Of a DNA stretch of 64,000 nucleotides, positions 1 to 23,586 are shown in pieces; positions within the stretch are counted from its first letter, which is position 1, and every line of letters begins with the position of its first letter. The notes beneath the pieces are model-generated. The model did not search any database. It was not told where the DNA came from and saw only the letters and a program-made list of their open reading frames with translations. The position numbers and the translations under genes are program-made. The stretch is from Chrysomallon squamiferum (Eukaryota > Animalia > Mollusca), in contig CM022667.1 in the NCBI GenBank assembly GCA_012295275.1, positions 5,022,001-5,086,000 of the forward strand, given 5' to 3'.

Positions 1-13
1 TATTATTTTTCAG

Positions 14-1866
14 AGCAGCGCAAAGCTGAGTCCAACAAAATTCGTTCAAAGTATCCTGATAGAATACCTGTAAGTAAAATACATTAATACAGTTCTGACA
101 TTTTTAATTTTTACATTTTATGTTTCAGTTTATTCACTGTAACAAACTGATAGGATTGCCTGATGTTGAATGTTTATATTTTTTCTATTTATTTTTCTAG
201 ATAATATTTCTAACAGTTTAAGTTTGGATTCTAAAGATTTCATTTATTAACATTACTTGCATGAAATAGAATTATAAACCAGAAATAGTAACATGCAAAT
301 TATACAAATCATTAAAAAAAAAAAAAAAAAAAATTTGCTTTGTGGACAAATACATTTTTTGATAAAGAGGCTGAAGAAAACTGAAATAGTTTAAGAAACA
401 CAAGACAACACAATACATGACAACTTATCTGCTGGAAGATTAGGATTTCGTTCGCTGACAGAACAAAAGAACAATAACTTGAATAGATGATAAGTTAACC
501 TTCCTGATGTGTTCACTGATTGTTTCACACATCTCTCTGCTCGTCTGTGGTCTGCTACTGCAAAGTTGATACTTAAACACTGACTTGTGATCTTCATAGT
601 GAAAAACTTTTAAATAATTCTCATCTTGTGAGATAGGTTATTACTGTTAGTAATCAAATCATACATTATAGGCAGCAGCATCACGGTTAAACGTACTTTT
701 ATAATACAATGTTGGTTTTAAAAATAAATGAATTAAACTTATTAATTAATTAAAGCTATTAATATGTTGGGTTTTTAAAATTTTATTTATGATATCTACG
801 TTTGCAGGTTATACAACACAATATTTACAGAAACAGAAATAATAAGAACAAACAGGCTGTATATGTATTTACTGATATTTATATCTAATGTTATTACCAA
901 GCACAGTTAATCTGAATTTATCATGGTTAGCATAGATTGTACACATTGATCAGCAAGCTACAATTCTTTTACTTACATTTTTCCACAGACAAGGAAGCAC
1001 ATACCTCAGATTATTATATGCCTAGTTGGATTGGTAAATAATCTGATGGCTATACAGAGTAGGACAGAAGATTTTTTTTGTCCATCCTTGAGAAATGTTT
1101 AATTCTAATTCACATGCGTGTCTGGTGGTAATGTGCAAGCAAAGTCTGTGTTTTACTGTTTTAAACTGCTTTGACTGTTTATTTACACAGGTGATTGTTG
1201 AGAAGGATGTCAAGAGTCAGATACAAAACATAGACAAAAGAAAGTTTTTAGTGCCTAATGACATTTCAGTAGCCCAGTTCATGTGGATCATTCGTAAGAG
1301 AATCCAGTTAGCATCGGAAAAGGCAATCTTTCTGTTTGTGGGAAAAGTCTTGCCACAGTCCAGGTAAGTAATTACATATCTCTGATCTTCGTGGATACAA
1401 ATTACACAAGTTTTGTTAACTGTATTTTTTAATAATAATAATAATATGTAACTGAACTGTATTGAGCAGTGGTGTGTGAAAGTATACACCATGTTTATTT
1501 TTTGGTTTATTTATCAGTGTCCATAATAATAGTCTTTCCTTTTTGTGAAGAAATAATTATTTCATTATATAATTTATATTGTAATTTGTATATTTATTAT
1601 CAACCTTGTCAATTCAAAATATAAATAGTTTTGGAAAATGAGGTACCTCTTCTGTTTTGATCTCCCTTTCTCTGTGTTCCACTGCGTGTGAGTGTGTGTC
1701 TTTGTATTCATATGTTTGATGTGTGTGACCTGTTGGTGAATGTTGTTATTTAATTTCTCTTTTTTTATTTTTCAGTGCCAGTATGGGACAAGTCTATGAA
1801 GACCACAAAGATGACGATGGTTTTCTGTACATCGCCTACAGTGGAGAAAACACATTTGGAGAATAA
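14..1866 (+). CDS. GABARAPL2: GABARAP-like 2 / ATG8-family autophagy protein, partial (exons 14-69, 1191-1363, 1776-1866; first exon upstream of window)
   Basis: Spliced translation ...[18 protein letters not shown]|[57 protein letters not shown]|[34 protein letters not shown] introns with consistent phases. [14 protein letters not shown] is characteristic of GABARAPL2; the C-terminal FG-E is the ATG4 cleavage/lipidation site. Confidence 0.95.
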
Positions 1867-4800
1867 AAAATTGTTTGTTACCAGTTTTACTACCTGTCTA
1901 CTTCCACTGTACTGTTGTCACAACAACTGTGAATAACAAAACTTGTGTGTCTGCTGAATGTTGCAATTTTCTTTTAACATGGCATCTGTTGCTTTGAACA
2001 TTTCCTTGTTACTTGACTTCTGTTTAACTTTGGTTGTGTAAGATTAATTTACAGAAATTGCAAACAGTGATGAAATGATTATCTTTGCTGATTTAGAATG
2101 AAAAGGTGTTTCCTGAGAACTGCTGAGGTTATTTCCATTTTTATATAAATTCCTGAGATAATGAAAAACTTTATTTTATATGGTCACATTCCACTTATGA
2201 CATCCAGTTTATTCTGTTAATTTGATTTCAAATGTTTCACTCATTCAGGTTAAGATGATATTAAAGGTAAAATACATGGTGCATCTATCAGTAACTTTCA
2301 CAGTATTATATAAATATATGTCAATGCCTGACATCTCTGTATAAATGTGTATACAGAATGTAACATGCAAACACCAGAACAAGTTAAAATATATCTTTAT
2401 CTTTGTCTGTCTGTCCAGTTTTCTCTCCGTCTGTTGCTCTCTCTCTCTGTAAAATAGATTGTATATTAGGTCAGGTTTGTAGTCACTTAAAGAAAACCAC
2501 AACAACTGCATGTTTCCTTTTAGTTTTAATCACCAAAGAATTTTGTTTTATATTCAATATGCTGTCAAATTTAGTCATTCTTACAGTTCCTTTTCTGTCC
2601 AAAACAGTTTTTAATAACTTTGATATTTATTTTGTGACTGCATAATTTCTTTCAGCTTGTATTTCTGGGTTAATGTTTTGTATAATGTATTAATTCATGT
2701 TATTTAAAATTTGATAATAAGACCATGTTTGCCTGTTTGTATACAATATATTCATTTACAGTACGTTTTCAGGATTTTTGTGGTTGCAGTTATAAAAAGG
2801 AAATTTATTAACATTTGTAATATTTATTTAGAGCAGATACCATCATGGTCATATTTTTAACAGATTAATTTTGTTAGAATTTTGCAAAATTATGAATTAT
2901 GATGGGGAAAAAAAAGAAAAAAAGGAAAAATTAAATATTAAAAAATAGTTAATTTTGTCATACTGTATATTATTCCACAGTAATTTTTATTTTATTATCT
3001 TTTTCATTTTATTATTATTATTTTGTGATTGTTAGTTATTTTATTTGCCATAATAACATTGGTATTTGGACCAAATGTTAACATTAATTTCATATAATAT
3101 GTATTTAGTTTGAAAACTTGTTTTTTGGTCATTGGTATTTTTCATTTTTGACATAAAATTATATTTCTTTTTTAGCACTCTTTTGAACAGTTATAACTTT
3201 TTTTAATTATTAATTTAAACTGCTGTTACATTTTTTTCTAAATATTGTTATTTTTACAGCATAATGTGTGAAATAATATTACATTCTGTCCTCCTGTATT
3301 TACTTCATAATACCTAGATTAAACATATTATCAACAGTACAAACATCAGCTTATAAGCACTATTTGTTATTTAAAATTTTAATTCAGAGATGCAGTTTTT
3401 AAAGAAAACAAATTTTTTCTTGACAGACTTTCATTACAAATGTTTTTTTAATTTTTAAAACAGAACTTTAATTTTGATTTATTTAGTTCTTGTTATTGTT
3501 GTTATTATTATTACTTATTATTATTGTCAGTACTTATTATTATTGTCAGTACTTATTATTATTTTTATTAGTTATTATTATTATTAATATTATTATTATT
3601 TGATATCATTTCAAACACACAAAGAACCACACATAATCTGATATTAATTTCACAAACAGTTAAAATTGTGATTTCTATTCAGTTTAATGTTTTCAAAGAT
3701 GCCTCATTGTGTATTTCAATTTGTCCATGGCATTACTTATTTACATTTGTCATGTTCTAAAAGATGGACATAACATGTCTATCAATTTTTCCTTGGTTTT
3801 GGGTTTGCTTTTTACTCCAGTGATGAAAATTCAAACCATTCCACACGGCATTAAAAATAAAACTTCCTGTCTTCTTGCATTGTGGGAATAACAGTGAGAC
3901 TGACCATCTTTTGTAAAATTATAATAATAAGTTGTTTGTAAATGTGTGTTTCAAAGTTGCTCAAAATTCTTTCAATCTTGCATATCAGTTTTTATTATTA
4001 TTATTATTTAATTTTTTTTTTTTTTTTTTTTTTTTTTTTGTAAATCAAGAATACAGGGTTTTGTAAGTTTTGGTAATAAAATAGTGATTACTGAAACTTT
4101 CATTTTTCAATTTTTAAAAATATTTTATAAAATAATTTTGTTATCCAGAAGCCAGGATCTCAGTGTCTTCTTGAAATGTCCTTGACTGATACAAATGATT
4201 TTAATTAGTTTCAAAATTAATTTTCAAATAACTCTTTAATGAGATTTCAGAACAGTGTTAGTGTTGATTTGCAAACCACAAAACCTTTTTTTTTTTCTTT
4301 TTAACTATTTTAACTAGGAAGCAACATTACTTAAAATGATTAATTTTTATAATTATTATTTTTTTTTTTCTTCCAAAATTTATATGTTTTTGTTTCAAAA
4401 TGCTTCCTGGGTCAAAGAAATTTTAGTAACCATGATTTCAAGAACTGATTTTATTACCAAATACATATACAGTGTTATAAATGGCAGTTGTTTTTTGTCT
4501 GTAAGATCATTTGTTGTAGTTTTTATACTAATTCTCAGGTTATTCAGTCATATAGTAATATTTTTATTTTACTTTTATTATTATTATTATTAATATTATT
4601 TATATATATTTTTATTATTTTTTTTTTTTTCACTATCATTGAAATACAGTAACAATACTTTAAATATACCTAAAAAACAACAGCTCTGAAACCAAATCTT
4701 GTTATTTATTTAAAACTAAATGAAAGTTTGTCCTTATTATATTTAATTTTTAATTTCCTTTCTTATAGTTTTCTGAATATGAATTAAATACATTTAAATT

Positions 4801-6280
4801 TGACTAAGTAAAACCATAAAGCCTACAACCCAGTGAGTTTTAAACTGTTTTCGTTGAAAATTAATTTTACATATTATTATTGAAACTCGTTGGTAAAAAT
4901 GTCCTGTGTTGCATGTTATTAAAATGATAACTGATTATTTCAAAAAGTGAAGGTAACAAAGAAATCTGTATGATTATGTTGCTGATGGTGTGTCATCAAC
5001 AGTTTCTTATTCTGCTGTGTAGTGTGTATGTCTGTGTATTTCTGAATTAGCAAATTCTAATTGCTTGTAAATTGTTTTAACAAACAAAACTATGTGATAA
5101 TTGTTTTTAATTTTAATTGATTTTTTTTTATCTAGTTAAAATACTTGAACAGTTATTAATCATTTTAGTAAAGTGTTTATTATTGTTGCTTTATTTTATT
5201 TTATATTTTTCTGTCAGTCAGTATTTTTATATTTAAGTATTATTATCAGTTGGATCAGTAAATTTAATAATTCATAAATAAATGCATACAATAAACAGAT
5301 CATAGAGCTTTAATTAATTTATTACTATTATTATTCTTATTCTTATTCTTATTATTACTGCTCTTCTTCTTCTTATTATTATTACTATTCTTCTTCTTCT
5401 TCTTATTATTTTTATAAATAGATCCCAAAGATTTAATTTATTTATTTATTTGTTATTTCTCTACTCTTTTGCTTATCTTTTGAGTTCTTTTAAATGTGTC
5501 CATATTTTTTTTTATGAAGCTTACTTTTGAAACAAAAGATTGTGGGTAAAATTAACATATCTGTTTGTGATTTCTTTTTATTTGCTGTCATCATCATTTT
5601 ACTTTTTAACATTTGTTTTACCTTCAGTTGATAAATTAAAAAACTATTGTATACACATATTTCAAAAAACTTTATTTGTTTTAAACTTTCTGAAAGCAGT
5701 AATGTTTATATATTTAAAAAAATATTTTTTTTAAACCAAGTATTTTTTCTCTTTTAATTTTTGCTACTTGTTTCTTTTTTTTTATTATTATTTGTTTATT
5801 AAAACATTTTGGTATCTTATTTATTTATTTTACTTTATATTTGTTAAGAATTGATTGTTAGTTAATTGAAAAAATGTTTATCAACAAAAGTAGTTAAAAA
5901 AAAATGTTTTGACTGAGGATGTAATTACCTTTTAGTATTTTTACAAAGAATAGCAATTATGTTAATGCAGCTTGAAATTTGTTATGTGTTAAACACCTTT
6001 TTCTCTAAACACAAGTTTAATATCTTGTGTTTCATGTTCTTGTTTGTACAGAACAAATGTATATTTATATTTAAAAATAATAATAATGATAATTTTGGTT
6101 ATGATCTGTTTATTTTGTTTCTACTGTTTTTGAAATAAACATGAAGAAATAAAATGCTTATTTGTACTTTCATTGTTTAGCTACTAATCTTAATGTAGAG
6201 AAAATGTTCTTGAAGCTGGGGATCAATGGACTGTATATACAGGCTTCACTATTTGGCTTCAGATTTAATGATTTAAATAA

Positions 6281-6337
<57 letters not shown>

Positions 6338-6995
6338 AAAATAACAATAAAATCTGGCAATGGTAATTTTATGCCTATATATTTTGTTTAACAACCACCT
6401 AGCACAAAAATAAAATGTGTATTGGATGTCATTCAGAAGTAAATAAAACAAATATTTCAATACCTACGTATGGACTAATCTCAACAATATTGGATATTTG
6501 CCAGTAATCTGCCATTAATCTTCATAATTTAGTATATAAGTTACATTTTTATGTGATTGTTTACCTGCTTATACTTTTTCTGATAAAAGTAATGAAATTC
6601 GAGGAATGTTATAGTAAAAATAAAAAAAAAAAATAATAAGATAAATAAAAAAAAAAAAAAAAAAAATAAGATAAATAATAAAATTTAAAATAAATAAACA
6701 AACAATATAATTAACTGCATGACAGTTTTGTAATTTATTATTATTTTTCATATCAATATTGGTGAAAGAACTGAATGACTTAAAAAGACGATTACGTAAT
6801 TATAAGTAATTACAATAAGAAAAATCTTATTTTAACTTGTCTTACTAAGAGCACTGTGAACAATATGGAGCACCGAAACAGGTGGTGACGTAATAAGGTT
6901 TTACAGTTGTCGTTTAAGTAGCCTAAGTAAGTAACGTAATATAGTTGATTTACTGAATAAATTTCACTGAAGAAAAAGAAAAAAGAATAAGCAAC

Positions 6996-7046
<51 letters not shown>

Positions 7047-7440
7047 AAAACCAAAAGCAAGCAGAAAATAAAAATAAATCCGTGACATACAGACATTAGT
7101 TTGTTACTGACAACTGTATCGAGTTCTTCTAAAATGTTTTGTAATTATAATTAAGCTTTTTTAAATCATAAATGATTAAAGTATATGAAACAGCATTTAG
7201 ATTGCCCATGAAATTATTAATTATCACTTCAACAGCGTATTAAACAAAAAGGTATTAAATGATGAAAGTAACGTACTTGAACCGCCGTAGGTATGTGCAC
7301 TGAAAACGTATAACCCGTGTTATATTCTTTCCTTGGGATTTCTGCATACAAACTCAGGGGGGATATCCATAAGTGCTCACGATTTCGAATATTTTTATTC
7401 CGTTGAGTTTTTCAGTACCTGCGCTGCTTTTTAGAAAATT

Positions 7441-8012
7441 ACGAATTTTCAACACGCTTGAATCACTAAAACCAGATACGTGACACAAATGAAAGTAAGT
7501 GGACATAATAATTAGTATTTTATCTTACTGTCTTTAAAATTTTATCAAAAAGCTTGGACGCGGTAATTGTTATCTTTACCTCGTGAAATATGGTCTGCTG
7601 GTCATTTCGGTGTTCGATCGTCAAAGTTCAAACTTTAACGAATTTTCAACATGCTACAATCACTAAAACCGGATACGTGAGACGAATGAAAAGTAGCTGG
7701 ACATAATAATTTTTTTTTTTTTTATCTTATAATCTTTGAAATTTTATCAAAAAACTTCGACGCTCTTAAATTGTAATCGTTACCTCGTGAAATACGGTCT
7801 GTTGGCGTTAGATCGCCGAATTATTATTTTTATTTTTTTCTTCAATATTACGATTTTTCACTAAAACCGGTTACATGAGACGAATGAAAAGTAGCTGGAC
7901 ATAAGAATTCATATTTTATCTTATTGTCTTTGAAATTTTGTCAAGCAGCTGCAAACATGCTAACTGTAATCTTTACCTCGTCAAACATCGTTATTTCGGG
8001 GTTAGATCGCCG
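7441..8012. repeat. Three diverged tandem copies of a ~190-200 bp unit
   Basis: cactaaaacc(a/g)g...tgaaa...tggacataa...ttttatcttat...tacctcgt...gatcg recurs starting near 7441, 7638 and 7850. Confidence 0.8.
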
Positions 8013-8369
8013 AAGTGAAAGTCCTGTGGCGGACCAAACTTCCTGTTAATGACTTACGTTTGAGGATGGATTATGTTGGCTTATTCTTTTTCAGTTATTT
8101 ATATCGTACGTAAGAATGATGGAAAAAGATGTTCCCTAACAATATATTGATATTTTTCATCCATAATTGTGTCTCAAATCTCAGATGTTTTAGTATTTTA
8201 AAATCATAAAAATGGCCAACCATCATCAAACAATTATGATTTCTAGGCTGTCTGTTTACAAATCAAATGAGCGCTTACTGATGTATTTTGTGTGGATTTA
8301 ATTTTTACTGGTTATTCAACCAAATTTTGTATTTCTTTTCATATAATGTTGTTGTTTTTTTTCCTGCTT

Positions 8370-8403
<34 letters not shown>

Positions 8404-9538
8404 CAGTGTTTGATTTGGCCCAGAGTTGCTGTTTCATTTTGGTAATATTGTCTTTCTTAATTTCAACTATTTTTGAAACTTATTTCAGTTGTCTTCACAG
8501 CACTTTTTTTTTTTTTTTTTTTTACCCCCAATGAATGACCAAATAAGCCTTTGAGTAAGAAGAAACAATGCCAAATCAGATGTAACCGACTAAGCTTAGC
8601 TAGTCAGCATCTTCAAGGAAGCGACATGCACTTTGTTAAAAATATCGAACTTTGACATTCCTGAGTGCTAAAAATAGTCGGTGTTAAGCGAAGGGGTTTG
8701 TAGAGCGACACTGCTTTAGCTTTAGGGCTGTTTGCAACGGGCGGCGGATTTCGTTTACCCCCAACACGTTTAACACTCTCATACAAACTACTGATTTAAC
8801 ACATAACAAAAACAACACCACCATTTAAAAGAGCGCATAATAATCTGTATTTCCATATATTTGTTTTTCATGTTATATTTTACTGAAGGGATTTGGGAGT
8901 GGAAAAAAATGGACAAAACCTGCACTTTTAATAGCTTTGTCCAATTAAGTTTGTTAGGCTGCTGGTACCTTAATTAATAACTTCTTTTTAATTTTTACAA
9001 ATATAATCGATAGCAGATATTGGCATTGGTCTTCACTGAATATTTCATCAAAAAGCTTGATTATTAAAAAAGATAGAGGGGAAAATGTTAAAATACAGCT
9101 ATTTTCGGTCACAAACCTCTATTGACTTAAATAGTGTTTAACTGGACGAAATTAAGTACTTATTAGGGGTTTTTAAATTGCTGAAACTTCCTTAATTTGC
9201 AACATATTCACTTGATTTTGGTGTCATTTTAAAGGGGTTTACAAGCTCTACCCAGCTGTCTTATTTGTTTTTCAGATTTGAAAAATTTGTCCACTTACTA
9301 CTTGTAGTAATAATTCATGAAGTATATAGAAAACAAAAACTAGAGCTGAGAAATATTAGATTTAGCGCAGTTTTTGAAAATATTCGCATGTAGAATGGAA
9401 ATGTGTATGTTTGTCTGTATGTGTGTGTGTTTATATATTATATATTAAATAGCACTTTACGTGAAATCTGTTAACTGTTAACTCACTGTAATGCTCAAAG
9501 ATCTTTTGAGGAATTTACAGAACATTGTTGAATTAAAG

Positions 9539-18590
<9,052 letters not shown>

Positions 18591-19415
18591 CAGTCGCGGT
18601 CGAAGTCCTCCACATGGCTGTGAAGATGAATTGGTTTGACAGTGTGTCATGGTCCAGTGCATTTTACATTCATTAAATAATGACTTGAATTAAAATACTG
18701 AGTGATTGTTTACTGAGGCGTATATGTTTGTATGAAGACATTAGTTACTTTGTTTTTAATTTTAAAAAATTATTATTATTATTATTATTATTATTATCTA
18801 AAATGTTTTTCAGTATTGCCACCAGTAACATGTTTATTTTTGACTGACATGAGCAAGTATGTAACAAAAAATTTGTCAGTTCACCTTGGAACAGTTACAG
18901 AAAATTTTCATTGGAAAAACATTTTCACTTTTTATTGAATTGTATGTGAAGATCAGGGAGATAATGAAACATGGGTGTGGTTTATCTTCTCTTTTCTTAT
19001 TTTTCTTTTATAGATTTCATATTATTATTATAATTATTATTATTTTGTTTATAGTTACATATTTTGTCTTTTTGAAACAAAAAACAAAACAAAAAAAAAA
19101 CATTTGTTGGAATTTTATGGTTAATTGTTTTATATGTTCCAATTGATTTTCCACAATAAAATTATGATTAAATTTAATTACATTCACTAAAAGTCAAATC
19201 TCATTCTTCAGATATTAATTTACAACATTGTCACAACAACCAGCAGCTTAAAATTTCTAATTAGATTAACTAATTTCTTAATTGTTTTTAATTGTAGCAG
19301 AAACATAAGCATTAATTAATTAATCAGTGGATTACTAAGCATTCTAGATTTTTTTTTTTTTTTTTTACTGAAATGGAAGATTACCTTTTTATTAATTTCT
19401 AAATAGTGTAAATAT

Positions 19416-19658
19416 ATTGGTTAGATTGTTTCTAACAGTTCATGTGATTGGCCATCTTTCATGAAAGAACAGTGTTGATTGGTTAGCAAATTTACTTTCA
19501 GCTATTATGACTGGAAGCATATTAACAAAAAGAACAAAATTCATTGGTTAGCAAATTTTCTTTCAGGTGTTGTGATTGGCCACCTTTGATAAAAGAGCAA
19601 AATTCATTGGCTGCCTTTATGATCGAATGAGCCAACATTTGTTCAGAGTTTCTATTGG
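19416..19658. promoter_or_regulatory. Array of inverted CCAAT boxes at ~31-33 bp spacing (candidate NF-Y promoter) in a degenerate tandem repeat
   Basis: ATTGG at 19416, 19447, 19478, (ACTGG 19510), 19543, 19575, 19606, 19654. Confidence 0.5.
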
Positions 19659-21946
19659 AAAGTCAGATAAGTTATCTTCCATTTATAGTGAGTAAGGGAG
19701 ACAACTACAACTTGTCTGAACAGGCAGGTTTAGTCGGGATTTTGTTTTTTCAGATAGATTATTTGTTTGTTTAATTACTGGTAGCAGACAGAGTTATTGA
19801 AAAGTCATTCCTGTTTTTTAAATTTTTCTATTATTATTTTTGCTGGATTTAAGTGAAACACACAGAAACTGTGAGTTTTGAGTGTTATTTTATTATGTTA
19901 AATAATATTTACCTTAATTTTAGGCTCATTTATAAAATCCTCTTTTTAAAATATTTTTATGAAAAGGTTTCTTTATGTTTAAAGATTGAAATCAAAATGG
20001 AGAAGATTATAAGTAAAAATTACCCCTCTCCAAAAAAACTCTTTAAATATACCAAGTAAAGAAATAATTACTTCCAGAATATAACATGTTAAACAGAAAT
20101 ATAAATAACTGTAAAAAAAAAAAAAGTTTTCTTGAATTTATTAATCATATTAATTTAACTTTTTTGTAGAGAAATGACCTGTTATAACCAAAATAGACAA
20201 AGGGATTTAAAAAAAATAAAAAAAATTCAGCATATAGAGCTATCAATTAAAGTAACATGGGATTTAATATATAACGAAATGCACTTAATACACTTTTGTT
20301 TTCATGTTTGTTTTGTTTAAACCCAGTTACTACACATTACTGTATGAAATAAAATAACTAAAAATAGATGTTGATTTTTCAAACACCTTGCATACAGATT
20401 TGTGGCAGTGTCATATTATTGATAATATTTTCATTCAGTTCACATCTTAGTAAAATAATTAGCTGTTTGGTGATTAGTTTGTGTATTTTGATACAGAGAT
20501 TAAGTATTGTAACAAGTATCATTTGAAATAAAATATCTTTACAAACAATAAGCACTGGATTTAGTTTCTTTAACATTAAATGTTCTTTTATTTTCTTGCC
20601 TTTAATCTTAAATATTTATTATTATTATTATTATTATTTTTTTCTATTGTTCTGTGTTTTGGTTCTGTAATTTTGTCAATAACCTTATTTCCAGCTTGTT
20701 TAAAATATCTAAATTTTAAGTAACGAAGATTCCTTATCTTTAACATATATTCTTTAAAAATGAATAGAGTTATGTCACACTGATACTAATTATAGTTTTG
20801 TTTTACTGTCATGTATACACTGCTGTCAAAATCAATCTGATTTATAAATATTTAATAAACTTTAAAATGGAAGATCAAAAATAAAGAGAAAATGATAATA
20901 ATTCTTATTTTAAAATTATTGTTATTGTTGTTATTATTATTATTTTTATTATGATTGAATGCATAACAAAATTCATTTTCTTTTTTAATAATATTGCAAA
21001 CAGAATTTTTTTTTTTAAACTAATTTGATATATTTTTTCTTTGTTCCTGTTGCTACATTGGAAGAATTATCTGTACAAGGTCAAGGTCAACCTGTAGGCA
21101 GGCAGGCGGAGCTGGAATCTGAAGTGCAATGTAATGCAATATAAATAGTAACAACAATAATATTAAAAAAAAAAAAAATATTTTTTTTAATTTGTAATTT
21201 TTTTTTTTTGTAATCATTTTCTTTTATTTATCAGCACAAATACAAAACACCATATTTGGTACATTTTAATTACATTATAAAATAATTACTTTTTTTTTTT
21301 TTTTTTTTTAAAATGACAAATTAATGGTTATTATTATTATTTTTTTTATCTTGGTAATCATCCATGGATGTTGATTTAACAGAGAAGAGAACGAAACTCC
21401 TGCCAGCTCTAAATAAACAAAGTTTATTTACTTATTTATTACCCAGGACTGTCTGAGAAGTTAAAGTTGTTGATTTTAGATTGCGGCACACATTTTGTAT
21501 AAAGATTATCATGGGAAAAAAAAAAAAAAAAAAAATTAATATTGTTTAAACCAATGCTAAGTAGCTACAGAATTGTTCTCAACAGCTTTCTGAGAGACTT
21601 TGTAGGTCACAATTTTCACTTTGTGTTTTTATGATTTTAACGGTCACAGCACTCGGGATCAGTTACAACAGATCTCCATTTGACTTTAATACCTATTTTA
21701 ATGGTTTCTTAATTATAACTGAACTTCAGTATACTACATCATGTTTACATTTGTCCTGAACAATGACCTCTTTTTCTAACACAGATGAAATGTTTGTGGT
21801 AATTACCAAGGCCAGTCAGATTTCCTGTTGTTGTGTCTGTGAAAAGCATTGAGCAAGATGAGTAACAGTTAAACAATTTAGCAGTGTAGCAGCATGTTCC
21901 TGAGTTGTTTAATAATCTTAAACTGTTGGAATTTTGGAAATCACAG

Positions 21947-23128
21947 ATGGCGTGTTGGGTTCTACAGTACGGCTTGGATGTCTGCTTGTATGAGGTCTGT
22001 ACATGGCTCTTCCACTGAGACTGATAAAACAGTGTAGAAGAGAAAAAAGTGTTTCTTTACACTATATTGTTAGTGAACTCTCTCAAAAAATAAAACAAAA
22101 CAAAAAAACAACAACCCCAAAACAACCTGCAGAAACCCCGAAATAAATGGAAATATTGCATTTGACATTTTAGGTTTGTTTATGACTTGGATTCCAACAA
22201 TTCTGTGTGTTACTAAAAATTCATGAAACTCTTAATTAACATGCTTATATCATTAATGTGATGATAGTGAAAAAGTGACTCACTGCCCCATTTCATTTAA
22301 TCAGGTGTCATTAAAAATTACCAATGTACAAATTATTATGTCTGCTTATACTCTTTTTTTTTAAAATGGTGATTGGAATTGTAGAAGTATGAACAGAGCA
22401 GCAGAGATGAATTTGTGTAATTTCTTGTCTCAGTATTTGTTTTTCCTTGCCAGTATTTCTCAGAGGAGACAGTACATATAGAATAAGCTAAAAAGGAGAC
22501 TGTTTTGTATTATTTGTATTATCATTGTAAATATATTGTGCATATTTGGAAATAATTGTTGTGGTAATGGTGTTTGATGAATCAGCCATTTTGATTTCTT
22601 TCTTGTTACTTGCATCTTGTACAGAAATGTCTTTTATTTATTTTAAAGAAAAAAACAACATAGTTAAAAATAATAATAATAATTATTATTATTACTACTA
22701 CTATCATTATTACTGCTGTTATTATTATTATTTTTTTTTTATTATTATTATTATTATAATTTTTTATTTATTTTTTTTTATTTTTTGTTGTTAAAATTTC
22801 CAAAAACAGATTGAAACTGATTGTGATGATGAAGGTTCAGGTAAAAAATTAAACATGAATTAGATTAAATAGGTAAATGTTTGAACAGGTAAGCAGAAGA
22901 CAGAAAGAAGAAAGATGACACCTCAAATACAATGGATACATCTTTTTTATTTATTGATTTAAATGATGGAACTAAAAATATTTTTTATTTTTATATAACT
23001 CTTTAAAAAATATTTTGTAATATATACTAATGTTTCAACAAATTTGGGTGAAATGTTTTAATTGTCTATCTTGTTTTGTAGGTTGTCATGGATACAGAGT
23101 GAAGCAGATGATTGCTGAACAGTTATAA
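21947..23128 (+). other. Candidate cryptic 3-exon small ORF (21947-21994, 22810-22840, 23082-23128), 41 aa
   Basis: AG/GT-bounded segments join in phase to give MACWVLQYGLDVCLYE|IETDCDDEGS|GCHGYRVKQMIAEQL*. Some splice sites are weak. Confidence 0.25.
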
Positions 23129-23550
23129 GGTTAACACACAAACAAAAAAAAAAAAAAAAAAAAGGAATATTAATTCATGCTGCTGCTGTTACTTTCATTA
23201 TGTTTGATTGTAATAATTATTTTTGTTAAAACATACAGATTTTTAATAGATAAGATTTAAAAAAATGTTTGGATGTCTCAGTCTCAGCAAATGATTAATT
23301 AGGACATCTTCTCTCTAATTTTTTTTTTGTCAGTTGGGTATAGAGAACTGTTTACTTGGGAAAAGTACCAGTGCTCTAAACAGAGTGAGCAGTCTGATGA
23401 TGGCCTGTTACTTGCTTGTACTTTCACAATCTATAAAGATTATTTTTATGTGTTTTTGAATGTTAAAGATGTCATTTTAAATAGTTTTAACAGTTATTTG
23501 GGAATATCGTTTTAGAAAAATGACAGAAAATGTGATTGAAAAAAAAAACC

Positions 23551-23586
<36 letters not shown>

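Noticed and set aside
22810-23129. Selenoprotein reading of TGA-rich frames in the cryptic exons
   Set aside because: No consistent frame, and no SECIS-like element that I could identify.
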